Position numbers and translations under genes: made by a program. From Camelus dromedarius (Eukaryota): a DNA stretch of 64,000 nt. The notes below the pieces were generated by a model, which did no database searches, was not told the origin of the DNA, and was given only the letters and a program-made list of their open reading frames with translations. Shown piece by piece: positions 28,511 to 40,009 of this stretch (positions are counted from its first letter, which is position 1; the number at the start of each line of letters is the position of its first letter). The stretch covers positions 101,248,001-101,312,000 of the forward strand of contig NC_087436.1 in assembly GCF_036321535.1 (NCBI RefSeq), read 5' to 3'.

Positions 28511-29030
28511 TGTGGAGCCGGCTGGCACTCTCTGGAGTCAAGCCCCCACCGCTGGGCTCTCTGTTCCTGGAGTTTATTGACACGTTAACCCCCACTCCCC
28601 ACTACAGAACCCTCTACATACCTGCATTTCTGCAAGATATAATAGAACATCTCTTGATGTGTGTTTACCCTAACAAAACGCATCGCCCCAGGAGATAGCC
28701 CATCTCACAATACTCTAGGCGGACAGGCCTCATCCTGCCCTTATTGAAGTCCTAAATCCTATAGTTCAGAGAAGTCCCTAATAGGTCTGACAATCAATCA
28801 GGTCCCTGTGCAGGGATTGATCATGCAGCCCCTTACTCCTTATGTGCACAGCCTCCTCCCCCTAATAAAAGGCCCTGCACACCTACCATTGGTGCTCACG
28901 TGGGCACCTCTTGCCAGTTGGCCCGCTGTTGCTTATAGCAGCGTCCCTATTAAACTTTCCTAAATTCTTTTCAGTCTCTGGTAATTCTTTACCAACCTGT
29001 GCATCACCATCACTGTGTTGTGTCACAACT
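28511..29030 (+). mobile_element. Solo LTR inserted into a MIR
   Basis: TG start, TATA-like aataaaa and ATTAAA signal; 5-bp TSD GTAGG (28506-28510 and 29031-29035); MIR halves on both flanks (aaaccaatgaggtagg / atgaggaaactaagcacag). Confidence 0.75.
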
Positions 29031-29749
29031 GTAGGGAATATTATGATTCTCGTTCCATAAATGAGGAAACTAAGCACAGGAAAGCAGCACAGAAACTTAC
29101 CCAAGGTTTCAGTGACATTAAGCAGTGGAGTCTGCATTCATTCCCACACATCCTGGCTGCTCTCCTGACTGCTGGATGAGTGCCTACCCTGATTCGGCAT
29201 AGATGCTGGGCATACAATGTTGTGCAGAAACATACTATGAAGGAGTCAGAGATTAATCGAAGAGCCAACATGTACATGGGGAAATGTCATCTAGGTAGTA
29301 ATAAAATCCACTAAAAATCAAATTCAAGATATTATTTTGTAAACATGGAAATACAATGAATGGTGGCAATACAATTTTGGCCACAGTTACTGTGTTAATC
29401 ACTGCGAGTGACATTATCAATTAACAAACCTTTTTTTCTTCAGAAACCATTTTGGTGATTTATATTAAAATCTTAATGTATAATGTATACCCAGTTATTC
29501 TATGGCAGGGACCTTAGCCTACAAAAATATCAACTAGGAAAAAAAAAGTCTAAGAAGAAAGAGTTAATTTTGGTTTTCCTGTGATAGTAAACAATGATAA
29601 ATATCATTTTACTCTGCCTAGAAAGGTAAATGTCCGTTAAATCACATCCATTAACATAATAGTTATAAAGGTTAGACAGAGTCATAAGAACAGGCGTGAT
29701 TTAGTCACTAATTCAAGAAAGATACTACTACGCGCCTGAGACAGCACAG

Positions 29750-30165
29750 CTGTTGTGGATGGAATCATGTTCTCCCTCGCCACCACAGTCATCTGCTGAA
29801 ATCTAATCCCCAGCACATCAGAATGTGATCTTATTTGCAGATAGGGTCTTTATAGGAGTAATCAAGTTGAAATGAAGTTAAAATGAATTCAGGTAGGACC
29901 TAATCCAATATGACTGGTGTCCTGACAAAAGGGGAAAATTTGACATGAAAAGAAGATGATCTGAAGAGACATAAGGAGGCTATGGCCATCCTCCAGCCAA
30001 GGAAAGGGGCCTGGAATAGACCCTTCCCTAATATCTGTCACAAGGGAATCAACCCTCATGACACTTCCATTTTGGACTTTCAGGCTATTTGTGAGACAAT
30101 ACAGTTCTCTTTAAGCCACCCAATCTACAGTGTTTTGCTATGGCCAGGATAGGAAACCAATCCAC
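29750..30165 (+). mobile_element. MLT1B/C-type LTR
   Basis: cagaatgtgatcttatttgcagatagggtcttt...ctaatccaatatgactggtgtcct...ttaagccacccaatct. Confidence 0.85.
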
Positions 30166-30189
30166 ATACTTAAAGAGACTGACTGTGGG

Positions 30190-30730
30190 TGTGAATGAAA
30201 AATACTGCCCGTCATATCAGTAACAAAGGATGCTGCGGCCATCAAGTCATCAGCCACTACTACTGACCCCCAAAAACCTAATTCTCAGTCTTTAGGTTGT
30301 AAGCCAGAGAGAACTCAGGATGGAAAATAAGCAGGCAGCCCGGACTGGGAAGCCATCCCCAACAGTGTGCCCTGAGAGCACTCAGGATGGAAAAGAACAG
30401 GATACTGGCCCTAGATAGCTAAGGTGCACATCAAAGGGACAATTTCAATGAGCCCAGACTTATGCATTTTCCCATACACAGAAAAGCACTAAACTTTATA
30501 TATCTAGTTTTCTTAAATTAACAATAATCCTTTGAAGTTTCAACTACATGAACTTTGTTGTAAAAACTCCTATACATCTTGGTTCCTCCCCCACCTCTTT
30601 GGAACAGTCTCTTAGAGCAATCTGAGTGGCCAACTCCTGGGCTTGAGTCCTCAGAAAGTCCACCAAATAAAACCTAATTCTCAGCCTTTAGGTTGTGCTT
30701 TTTTTTTTTCTTTTTTTTTTTCATTTTACA
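30190..30730 (+). mobile_element. Cetartiodactyl ERV1-type solo LTR
   Basis: tgtgaatgaaaaatactgcc start; repeated actcaggatggaaaa; aataaaacctaattctcagcctttaggttgtgc 3' end. Confidence 0.75.
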
Positions 30731-30734
30731 GGCT

Positions 30735-31115
30735 GCTGACTGTTATCAGTGCTATTCACCAAATATTCATAACTGTCTTCTTCTGGCAGATGTAGGATTC
30801 AACTTCCTTTCCTCCTGAGGATAGGGGTGGTCATGTGCTTTCTTTGGCAATGAAAGGTGAGCAGACGTAACATGTCACTTCAGGGAGATGTCTTACGAGC
30901 CAGTGTATACTTCACTACGCTCTCTCTCTGCCTCTGCTGTGGCAGCTGGTAACCTTACAGATGATGGCAGCTTTGTCAGTTGAAAGTGCACAAAACAGAG
31001 CCTCCAGCTGCTCCATGATACACATGGACTGTGAAGATGAAATAAACCTGTGTTGTCTTCATCCACTGATAATTGAGAGTTATCTGTTAACTGAAGCCAA
31101 ATCTAACTCATCCCA
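30735..31115 (+). mobile_element. MLT1 (I/J-like) LTR
   Basis: ggggtggtcatgtgctttctttggcaatgaaa...aaataaacctgtgttgt...ccactga. Confidence 0.65.
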
Positions 31116-32029
31116 AGTAAAAAGACTGCTGGGTCACAGGCTTTGCTTATAGGGACTTTAAAGTCTGGGTGAGAGCTGTAGAAATAATCAAATGACTATA
31201 ATTAAATATGAAAAATGCCTGGATAAAAGTAGGCAAAGAATTTTATGGGCACATATCATAGAGTCACTAAACCTAGACTAGGAAAATCTCCTGAAGGGAA
31301 ATGACACATTAACTTAGTCTTCAAAGGCAAATAGGAGTTAGTGGAAGAAAATGAAGTCAGATAGATGACATGTGCACAAAGGTGAGAATTGCAAATTTCA
31401 CATTGTGCTGAAATGTAATATATGAGGGTCAAATGAGTAGAAGTGATGTTGGGGGCAGATCAAGCTGACAGGATCCAGGTCTCGGGAACTCTTTATACCA
31501 TGTTTGAAGGCTGTATACTGCTTTCTTATGCACCTTCCCTAGGCAATGAAAAGTTCACAAAACAGTGTTGAAATTGAAAAAAAAGAAACTATTTTGTACC
31601 TTGCGGCTGCAGTTATGTAAAATATAAATGGGCAGAACAGCAAAGTAATATGCAAAAATAGTTATGAGGGAGCATGAGCACAGGTAAACGGCATTGCTTA
31701 TTTAAAATGTTACTATATAGTGTGTTCAATTAAAAGGAAATTTAATATAATGGTCTGACTAGGTAACCAAAATAGAACTAAAAATATTTTTCCCCAAATC
31801 TTGAAAACATATGGGAAATGAAAATACATGTTTACAAAATGCAGTTAAAAATCTGATAGCAAAGGACTTATTAAGATAAGCAGCACAAATGGAGATGAAA
31901 TGAGTTTTCTGTAGCCCTCTTGCTAGGAAAATTAACTTATACCAAAGGCAGAATAAATATTTTAAAAGGTTGTATTTCTTGATTGGAATTTCAGAGAGGG
32001 AAAATAAAGAAAAATGAAAAAAGCAAGCC

Positions 32030-32655
32030 TGGTAAACAGAAATCTAAGATGTGCCCTCAAGTTTTCTCTTCTCTGGTTGTCTAATCAAACACTAATCCAG
32101 GCACTGCTTTGAAGGGAGCTTTCAAATAAAACTCAGGTCACTAATCAACTGACCATAAAATATGAAGATTATTCTAGATTATCAAAGCAAAGCCAATGTA
32201 ATCACTTGAACCTTTAAAAGCTGAAGAGATGGCCAGAGGAGAGAGATGGAGGTTCCAGAAAGAGAAGCAGAAGAGAGATCTGAAACATGAGAGAGATTCA
32301 ACTCTTCACTGTTTGCTTTGATAATGTTGGAGGGAGGACATAACCAGGGAGTGTGGGCAGTGTCTGGAAGCTGAGTACCACTACTGACTGACAGCCCCCA
32401 AGGTAAAGGGCACCTTAGTCCTATACCCACATGGAACTGAATTCTGCCAACAACCTGAGTCAATCTGGAAGTGGATTCATCCCTAGAGCCTCCAGAAAGG
32501 TAAACAATCCAGACAATACTTCGATGTCAGCCTTGTAAGACCTGAAGAAGAGGGTGCAGCTGAACCTCCTGGATTTCTGAACTAATAATAAATTTGTGTT
32601 TTAAGCTACTGAGTTCACGGCGATTTGTGACTGAAGCAATACAAAACTAACCACT
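32030..32655 (+). mobile_element. MLT1D/E-type LTR
   Basis: ggaactgaattctgccaacaacctga...ctagagcctccagaaagg...aataaatttgtgttttaagctact. Confidence 0.85.
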
Positions 32656-32734
32656 TGTAAAAGAAAATGTGAAATAAGATGGTAGGAGATGGTAAAACAC
32701 ATGCTTCAGTCTTTAACCAATAAGTTGAAATACA

Positions 32735-32930
32735 CTGTAGTGATCAAGGCTGTAGCTTCCTGAGCCAGATGGCCTGGGATCAAATTCCAGTTTCATTACT
32801 ACTGCATGACTTTGGGCAAGTCTCTGCCCTTCAGTTTCTTCCTCTGTATAATGGAGATAATAATAGTTCTTACTACAGGTTATTAAATTATTATATTGAA
32901 GGGTCTTAGGACACTGCCCAGCATGTGGAG
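32735..32930 (+). mobile_element. MIR SINE
   Basis: gccagatggcctgggatcaaattccag...gactttgggcaagt...cagtttcttcctctgtataatggagataata. Confidence 0.8.
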
Positions 32931-33203
32931 ACGTCTTCTTATTTTTAGAAAATATTTTTAGGCCCATAGGTTAAGTTCACCTATCAAAGACATTTCAGAT
33001 CAAATAAATAAAAATAAAAATTTAACTGTTTGTAAAAACACATCTAAAACTAAATGACACAGAATTGTTGACAATAAAGGATAAGAAAAGAATTATCAGA
33101 CATATATAAACAAAAGAAAGTAATTAAAACAATATTAGATATGAAAGATAATTAATAGTAACATCATTAAAGTGGATAAAGGATGATTTAAAATATAAAA
33201 CTT

Positions 33204-33445
33204 GTAATCTCACACTCCTAATTTCTCTCTCCCTCACCCTTTCCCCTTTGATAACCATACTTTGTTTTCTGTGTCTGAGAGTCTGTTTTTGGTTCATAAA
33301 TAAAATTTGTATCACTTTTTTTTTAGATTCCACATATAAGTGATATCATTTAATATTTATCTTTGTCTTACTTCAACTAACACTGTAAATCAACTACATT
33401 TTGATAAAAAATAAAATTAAAAAATTACAAAAAATAAATAAAATA
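33204..33445. mobile_element. L1 3' fragment with 5' inversion (twin priming)
   Basis: Minus-strand L1 3'UTR (33204-~33375) abuts a plus-strand L1 terminus and A-rich tail; 14-bp TSD aaaatataaaactt at 33190-33203 and 33446-33459. Confidence 0.8.
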
Positions 33446-33854
33446 AAAATATAAAACTTTTAAGACATAATTTTGGTTGCTGAATTCAACTCTACCTGGC
33501 AGATTACCCAAATCTAGTTATCATTTTTCCATTGCTTAACTTTTAGTTTGTTCCTAATTTTTTGCTATTTTAGATAAGGCTATAATGAACATCTTTGTAC
33601 ATAAAGCTTTTACTGTTTCATTGGATTCTTTCACTAGGATATATTTCCAAAAGTGTAGTTATTAGGTCTGAAAGTATAACCATTCTAACATTTCTGATAC
33701 TATTACCAAGTTGTCAAAACGATTGTACCAGTTAGTAGTCCAACCGCGTAAGTTAATCTTAAACTTTGAATTTTTTCTGAAATGATTCTGTTACCGGCAA
33801 AAGTCATTACAAGAGTACTATATACTTTCACTTCCTTTTAATGTTTTAGAGAAG

Positions 33855-34000
33855 TGCTTCTCAAACTTGAATATGCATACAAATTACCCTCAATCACGTT
33901 AAAATGTAGACTCCAGTGCAGTACATCTGGGGTGGAGCCTAAGACTCTTTTCTAACAAGCTCCCAAGTTTTTCCCATGGCTGGTCTGATTCCACTGTGAG
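33855..34000. mobile_element. MER5A-like hAT DNA transposon
   Basis: gtgcttctcaaacttgaatatgcatacaaattacc...tctggggtggagcctaagactc..ttctaacaagctccca. Confidence 0.75.
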
Positions 34001-35602
34001 TTTAAGACGTGAGGCTTAAGTTACATGGAGAAGGAAGTAGAAAGCCTTTCCTGAGATTTAAAAATGAAGCAAGTTTGAAAAATCTCACTTTAAACTAATG
34101 TTCCATGCAGAGTAATCTCCCCAAATTGTCTAAATCAGATTAAAGATCAGGAAAATAATACAATAATCAGGAAAACTCATTAGTAATATCCACCCCATTG
34201 CATGAATGTACATATAAACATCTACTTACTTATATGACATGTTTTACATATTTATCATTTTAGTCTTACAATAATCCTAGTATAGCACAATTTTTAAGTT
34301 TAAAAATTCATCAGTAACAAAGCATTTCCTGAGTCAAGTATCTTTATAAAACATGATTTCCAGTGCTAGCAGGGTACTCCAGTTCATGAATACGTGGAGA
34401 TTTATTAAATTAGTTGCCTTTTTAAAATACATTGAATTTCCTTCCAGTTTTGCCTGTATAATTCCCCAGTGGCCATTCTTTTGTATACACTTTAGGTGTA
34501 TATTTCATTTTATTTTATTTTTATCTTAGACTAAGTTTCTAACTTTTTTAAAACAAAATTTCTATAGTAGCATTCATTTCTGGATTAAAATATAAATATT
34601 CTTTTTTAAGCCTCTGATAAGTGTTACAAACTCATTTCACTGACATTGAGCATGAGATTATGGCTGAAAGGGCACCAGTGTGAATAGGAAGTAATGATCT
34701 CATAATTGCAATTTTGCTTCAATGATCCAAACCAAGAGGTATCAAATAAGTTTAAAAATGTATCAGAAGGGACATCAACCTGTTTTAGCCAAGTGGATTA
34801 TTTGTTAACTTTTTGTATTTGCTACAATACCAGAGGTGTTGATGATCTAAGTCCAGGAGGTACTTGTTAGGGTACAGACTCCTCCTTTAGGGAGAGGATC
34901 TTCAACTAAGATGGAAATCAAAAGATTTCTATGTTTCAGATTTTGAGCTGCATGCCTCTGGGATGTTTTAGTAAATCCTTCTACAATGGCTTCAAAATAT
35001 TTTTCTTTCCCTTTGGGTACACAGTTTCATTTTAGCTTACGGGAGAAAGTCTTAAAAAATGGTTCCTATCAAGTTCTGAACATCAGCTTCCAATCTAGCC
35101 AACTTCTGATCCTAGAGAAGCTTAAGGAAAACTCTTGTCAAATGCTTTGTCAAGTCTCAGCCAGCACAAACAGGAAATATTCCTGACTGTACTGAACAAC
35201 TCTATGCACACAAAAAGGGTCCCCAACAGGGTGCAAAAGATACTACTCTCCCAGGATTCAGAGCCACACCCAAAGAGAAATAATCAAAAGAAAACAAGAC
35301 TTAGACAATTCCCCTAAGGGCCGGCAGCACTCAGAAGGACCCTAGCTGCAAATGGAAGTCAACGCACATTTCTGTCCAACCGTATTTTGGGGGTCCCCAA
35401 ACTGTTGGTGGCCAAGCCAAGTTCTCAGGACACAAATGAGACAAACAAGAAGGCAACAGCTGTCCCTGGGAAAGAAATGATCAATAACCAATGTTTTCTT
35501 TCTGCCAATCTGATTTTGGAAAGGAAGGGATAATGTGAAATTTTACCTTCCACTCTCAACCAGACTCCACAGATAGACATATGGGAGAGTTGACTTAGGT
35601 AA

Positions 35603-36031
35603 TGGGACGGAAGGGAAGGGGGGCTGAGCAAAACCACTGAAGGAATAACACAGCAATTGAGGACAGGACAAACTGTTTAGAACCAAGAGGGTTGAAGATT
35701 TGACTTCCTGTAGACCTTGAGCCTCATAGCACACTCACAGGCACCACAACAGTTCCTAGGCTGCCCATAAAAGGTCAAAAAGTAGGCAGAGTGGTGGGGG
35801 ACTTTCCTGGAAATCCTCGCCCCTTCCTCCAAATAGCTGGAATAATCCTCCTACACATTAGCATATGAAATTACCAAGCCCATAAAAACAAACAATGCCA
35901 CACCTCTCTTGCCTTTTGAGACCGCCACATTGTCTATGGAGTGTGCTATCTCCCTGAATAAACTTCCTTCATTTTACTATGCGTCGCTCTTGGATTCTTT
36001 CCTGCCGGAGACAAACAATTCTCCGGCAACA
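35603..36031 (+). mobile_element. MER41-like solo LTR (artiodactyl type)
   Basis: tgggacggaagggaagggg...gacttcc.gtagaccttgagcctca...ttcctggaaatcc..gccccttcc..aaatag.tggaataatcctcc..cattagc.tatgaaattacc...aataaa...caaca; 4-bp near-TSD GTAA/GTAG. Confidence 0.75.
35798..35812 (+). promoter_or_regulatory. Overlapping NF-kB site (GGGACTTTCC, 35798-35807) and GAS/STAT site (TTCCTGGAA, 35804-35812)
   Basis: Exact consensus matches read directly from the sequence; function untested. Confidence 0.55.
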
Positions 36032-36140
36032 GTAGGCATTCTTACCATTTGCCGGCTTCTGCCAGTTTTGCCAGGATGCCATCTGCAGGCTCCAGGGTCA
36101 GCGGGATGTCCCTGTGGGTCTCATTCTGGTCGCCAGAAAC

Positions 36141-36240
36141 TGTAGAGGAGGAAAAATAATTTTCCTTTTAACCTTTAGAGTGACTGCCTGGCTGAGACCT
36201 CTTTCTCTAGGGCATCTCATAAACGGTTAAAAGTTCTCCA
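36141..36240 (-). mobile_element. 3' end (U5) of the 5' LTR of the minus-strand ERV remnant
   Basis: tgtagaggaggaaaaataattttcc...ggctgagacc on +, directly adjoining the PBS-like motif. Confidence 0.5.
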
Positions 36241-36285
36241 CTGTGGCCACTATAACAATATTAGTATCTTTGGTAGGTTAACCCC

Positions 36286-36570
36286 TGTAGAACCCAAACT
36301 AAAATGGAGTCACTTATGTTGGGGACAAAGTGGAGTTGGCCAACGCAGGAGCATTTAAGAAAACGAAACTTTACCTCAGTTGCAGGAATTTGCAGTTCCT
36401 AGGAAGCAGCAGAGGACGCCAGCCAATCGCCAAAAGCCAAGTCTGTTTATGCCATCTCTGGACTTTCTGGTCCTCGACTCAGCTATCCCTCCCCAAACAG
36501 AGAAACAGATCAGCAGGCAACCCATAGGCTGAAGAAAACAAATATCGTCCGCATTTACCACATAAAAAAC
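36286..36570 (+). mobile_element. Probable ERV1 LTR U3 forming the upstream edge of the CpG island
   Basis: tgtagaacccaaactaaaatggagtcacttatgt is a typical ERV1 LTR start; followed by CCAAT and cataaaaa. Confidence 0.45.
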
Positions 36571-37075
36571 TCGCGAGTCTGTGAGCGGCTCGGAACACGT
36601 CGCTTCCGCTGCCGAAGGTCTGCCCCCTTGCAGGTCAAACCCCTTGCAATGAACGGGTCTTCCTGCTCGTTGCAGTCAGGGGGCAGGGTTTGGTTTCTGA
36701 CACCTACTTCTTCAGGCTTCAAACGACATTTTGTTCCCCGAGGCCTCACACTGGACCCGGTCTGGTTTCTAGGTCGGACCAGGTCCGGTCCGGTCCTGGA
36801 CCCGGTCCGACTCCGGCTGGTTTCCGGACAGAATCCGGAAGAAGAAATGCTTCCAGAAGAAAAAAGCCGTTGCGCTGGGACCTGAGGCCCGCCAGCTCCA
36901 GAGGCAGAGAAACGGCGGGCGGGAGGCCAGCGGGGGTCTCCCCGGGGTCCTTCTTCTGATGCCGAACCGTTCAAGGTAAACTGACGCCGTTTTACAAACG
37001 TGAAGAGTTTGAGCGAAAATCAGTTCCACTAAGGCGGAACTAAACTGCAAGTGGCCCAGGGCCCTCTGGGCCCCC
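36400..37075 (+). promoter_or_regulatory. CpG-island promoter with candidate first exon (~36600-36975)
   Basis: Only dense CpG/GC-rich tract in the window; CCAAT 36423-36427, TATA-like cataaaaa 36561-36568, palindrome ACTCGCGAGT 36569-36578, ETS-like CTTCCG 36603-36608 and CCGGAAG 36835-36841, donor AAG|gtaaac at 36975/36976. Confidence 0.7.
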
Positions 37076-39212
37076 AGTTATGATTTTAGTTTGTCCTTCA
37101 TTTACTATTGGTGAGGTTGTGTGTTTTCACCACTGCTGACCAGCCCTTTTTACCACTAATTCGATCTTCATCTGTTTTGTTTGGGAATATTTTTCTCTAA
37201 AGTTACTAGCTTTTTTAAAAATTGATTTGTGGAAACTAACTTGATAGTGATAATAGCAGGTCTCTGTCCTAAAAGTTGCAAGTGTTTTTTCGTGGATAAT
37301 GATTGTCTTTTTTTCTTTGTTTCTGATAATGTTTGACCTAAAATGTTTTACGTTTTCTACATACTAAAAATCCATCTCTTACATTATAGCTTCTTCCTTT
37401 CTTTTTATGTTTAGGTGTACGTTTTCTTTCCTTACAAGCAAAGAAAAAAAAAACCTTTTCTTTCAGTGATGAAATCATTTTACTTTTTAGCATTTCAGAT
37501 TTTATACAAAGGGTGATATTTTTAACCTTCAAAACCAGATATCTCAGCACCATTTGTATTAGAAAATTCATCCAAAACATTGAATTTTGAAATACTTTCT
37601 CTAATTCAACAAAAATGTATATGAAATACATTTTTAAAGGGCAGAGATTGAGGTTTCTTGATCTCTACAAACTATTGTGAAAGATACCTGACTTTTGAGT
37701 TAAAAACAGATTCTCCATCATTTTTGAAAGTTCAACAGGATCTTGAATACTGAATCATCTTGCAACTGGTAATAAAAAAATCTAACTTTTTGAGTTATAT
37801 TTCATATCCTAAGTCCTATCCTTACATGGATTTTTGTGGTCTTAAAACAAATATACATTCTTCTCAGTTTCCAGATATATTTTTTATGAAGGGTGAATTA
37901 TATAAAGTTCATGTATAAGGTCAATACATTTTTTTGTTTCCTATAATAAAATTCACTTTTCTTTTGAAATATCGACTTACAATTTACAGCAAAAGATACT
38001 ACAATTAAAAAATAATAAAATAAAAGGTAACAAATATTTCAATGCAAAGGACAATAATGTTTTTAGTTACAGAAAATGTGATTCATCTTTTAAAACCAGG
38101 TTTTGTAGATTAAACTAGTTATATACTTAAAATCCATTTTCTAATATAAACAAGTTTTCCTCTTTTACTGTTCCCTCATCATCCCGAAGTAATACATCTG
38201 AATTTGATACATTGATTGGCTCATTGAAATTGAGCTCTTCAGTAGATGATGTTTAAATATCAATCACCTTATGCATATTTAAATTCAAGAAATGTCAATT
38301 AAAGCTTTGCTCATCTTATTTACTTTTAAGAGTTCTTCAGAAATATCAGATAAAATGAGATCATACTTGGTGGCTGTTTAAAACTCTTAAAGGGCTGATC
38401 TTTGCATAGTAATACTCCAAAATATTCATGGGGAAAGTATTAAAATATAATGTAGCCTTTGGGTTTATTAAAAGAAAACTGCTTTAATCTCAGGAAAACT
38501 TGTATTATTTAACTTCAACAACATTTTCCAATTAACTCTTGATTTAATATAGTGGACTTAATTCTAAGCTGGTGCATTGGAATGATAAATCAATTGTATT
38601 AAGCACTTTTATTGTGCGATTAAAGTAAGTATCAATATAGTGGTAATTTTTCTTGCATTCTGTTTCTCGCTGATTACATTTAACTTTTTAAAGAACCCTC
38701 AAGTCACTTTTATTATATTTTTCATTTCTTTTCAAATACTTAATACTTTAAATTTTGAACCACTACATTATATCTACATTCTAAATAATACCCATACACT
38801 CACAATTTAATGAATAAACTTAATGGGTAAAATTTTATTTCCTAAGTATATATTCTCCTTAAAAAGGAATCCAATAAAGTCCTTAGGAAAGCAATTTTTT
38901 CTATTGCCTTTAAATATGATATAATTCATGAACGTGTTATGTTTATGTCTGAAGTCATTTGTTTACAAAGCTTGTCCATCGACAATAAGAACATCAGTGT
39001 TCACTGTACAGTGTATACTGAGCCCCCCCTACTTTCTGAGCGTAGATTAAGGGGAGTAAGTACATATAAGAGAACAAAGTGACTGCCATAAAGGAGCTTA
39101 TTTCAAATCCATATTTATAACTTGTTCTTTATAGATAAAACTTGTTTGAAAATGGCCAGAAGCAGTCTGACCAAACTTGGAGAAAAATTTAGGGTCATAA
39201 TGTTTTCCACAG

Positions 39213-39234
39213 GCAATTTGGTTTTCTTTATGAA
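39213..39234 (+). other. Candidate 22-nt micro-exon
   Basis: tgttttccacag| ... GAA|gtaagt: strong acceptor and consensus donor. Confidence 0.35.
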
Positions 39235-40009
39235 GTAAGTGTGGAGAATTAACTTCTTCAGGGACATGATGGCTGTCTGGGCTAGTTCATCTGTCCAAAT
39301 TCACATCTACATCTTCTCTACCTGCCACTCCCCCTTCCTCCTCCCACAGAGCCTGGAACTACTTTCCGCTTCTGACTCAGTTCATCTGTTTGACTCTCCC
39401 TTTAGTTTCTAACCTTATAGCTCATCTCCTTGACACTCCCAGATAATTTGACTTATTAGCCACAAATCTTTGATCCCAGGCTTCATAAAGGATATGGATG
39501 TCATCCATCTTGCTTGGTTTCTTTCTGCCTCTCCCCTTCACTAATCACAACCCATCCCTCAGACTTGCCCCAGGGCTTGGATTTCCACCATACCTATAAT
39601 TAACCCCTATAGTTTTTTTTTTTTAACAATAAAAAAGATAGTCTTAATAAATCAGTCTTTGTTAAATTAATATTTTTCCTTTCCACATAATTTTCTAAGC
39701 TGTTGTCAAATTCTTAAACTTTGAATTTCTTAAGTCTCTTCTAAAGGATGCATTTTTGTCTTTTTTTTTTCTTTTAAATGAAAAGTGCAAAGCATACTTT
39801 AAAACACCTATGTGCCATTTTTCTGGAAGTTAACAAATGTTAGAATATTGTCACTGTCACTTTTTATTAAAAAAAATAAGCCATCTTTATATAAAGATGA
39901 AATCCACTATGAAACTTACCCCAGGCCCATTCCATTCTCTCCTGGATGTATTACCTATACTCAGTGTCCTTTTTTTTTTCTCTTTTGTTCGTTCTTAAAA
40001 TTACTCCTG

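Larger units (their letters stand above)
35150..36140 (-). mobile_element. ERV1 internal 5' leader remnant, interrupted by a MER41-like LTR
   Basis: Minus strand reads LTR end ACA, then gttt-c-TGGCGACC (PBS-like, ~36130-36143) and a leader splice donor ggtaagaat (attcttacc on +, ~36038-36046); ERV1 leader-like sequence continues to ~35150. Confidence 0.6.

Noticed and set aside
36555..37050. Overlapping ORFs of 85-139 aa in the CpG island
   Set aside because: Long open frames on both strands are expected in GC-rich DNA, and none resembles a known protein.
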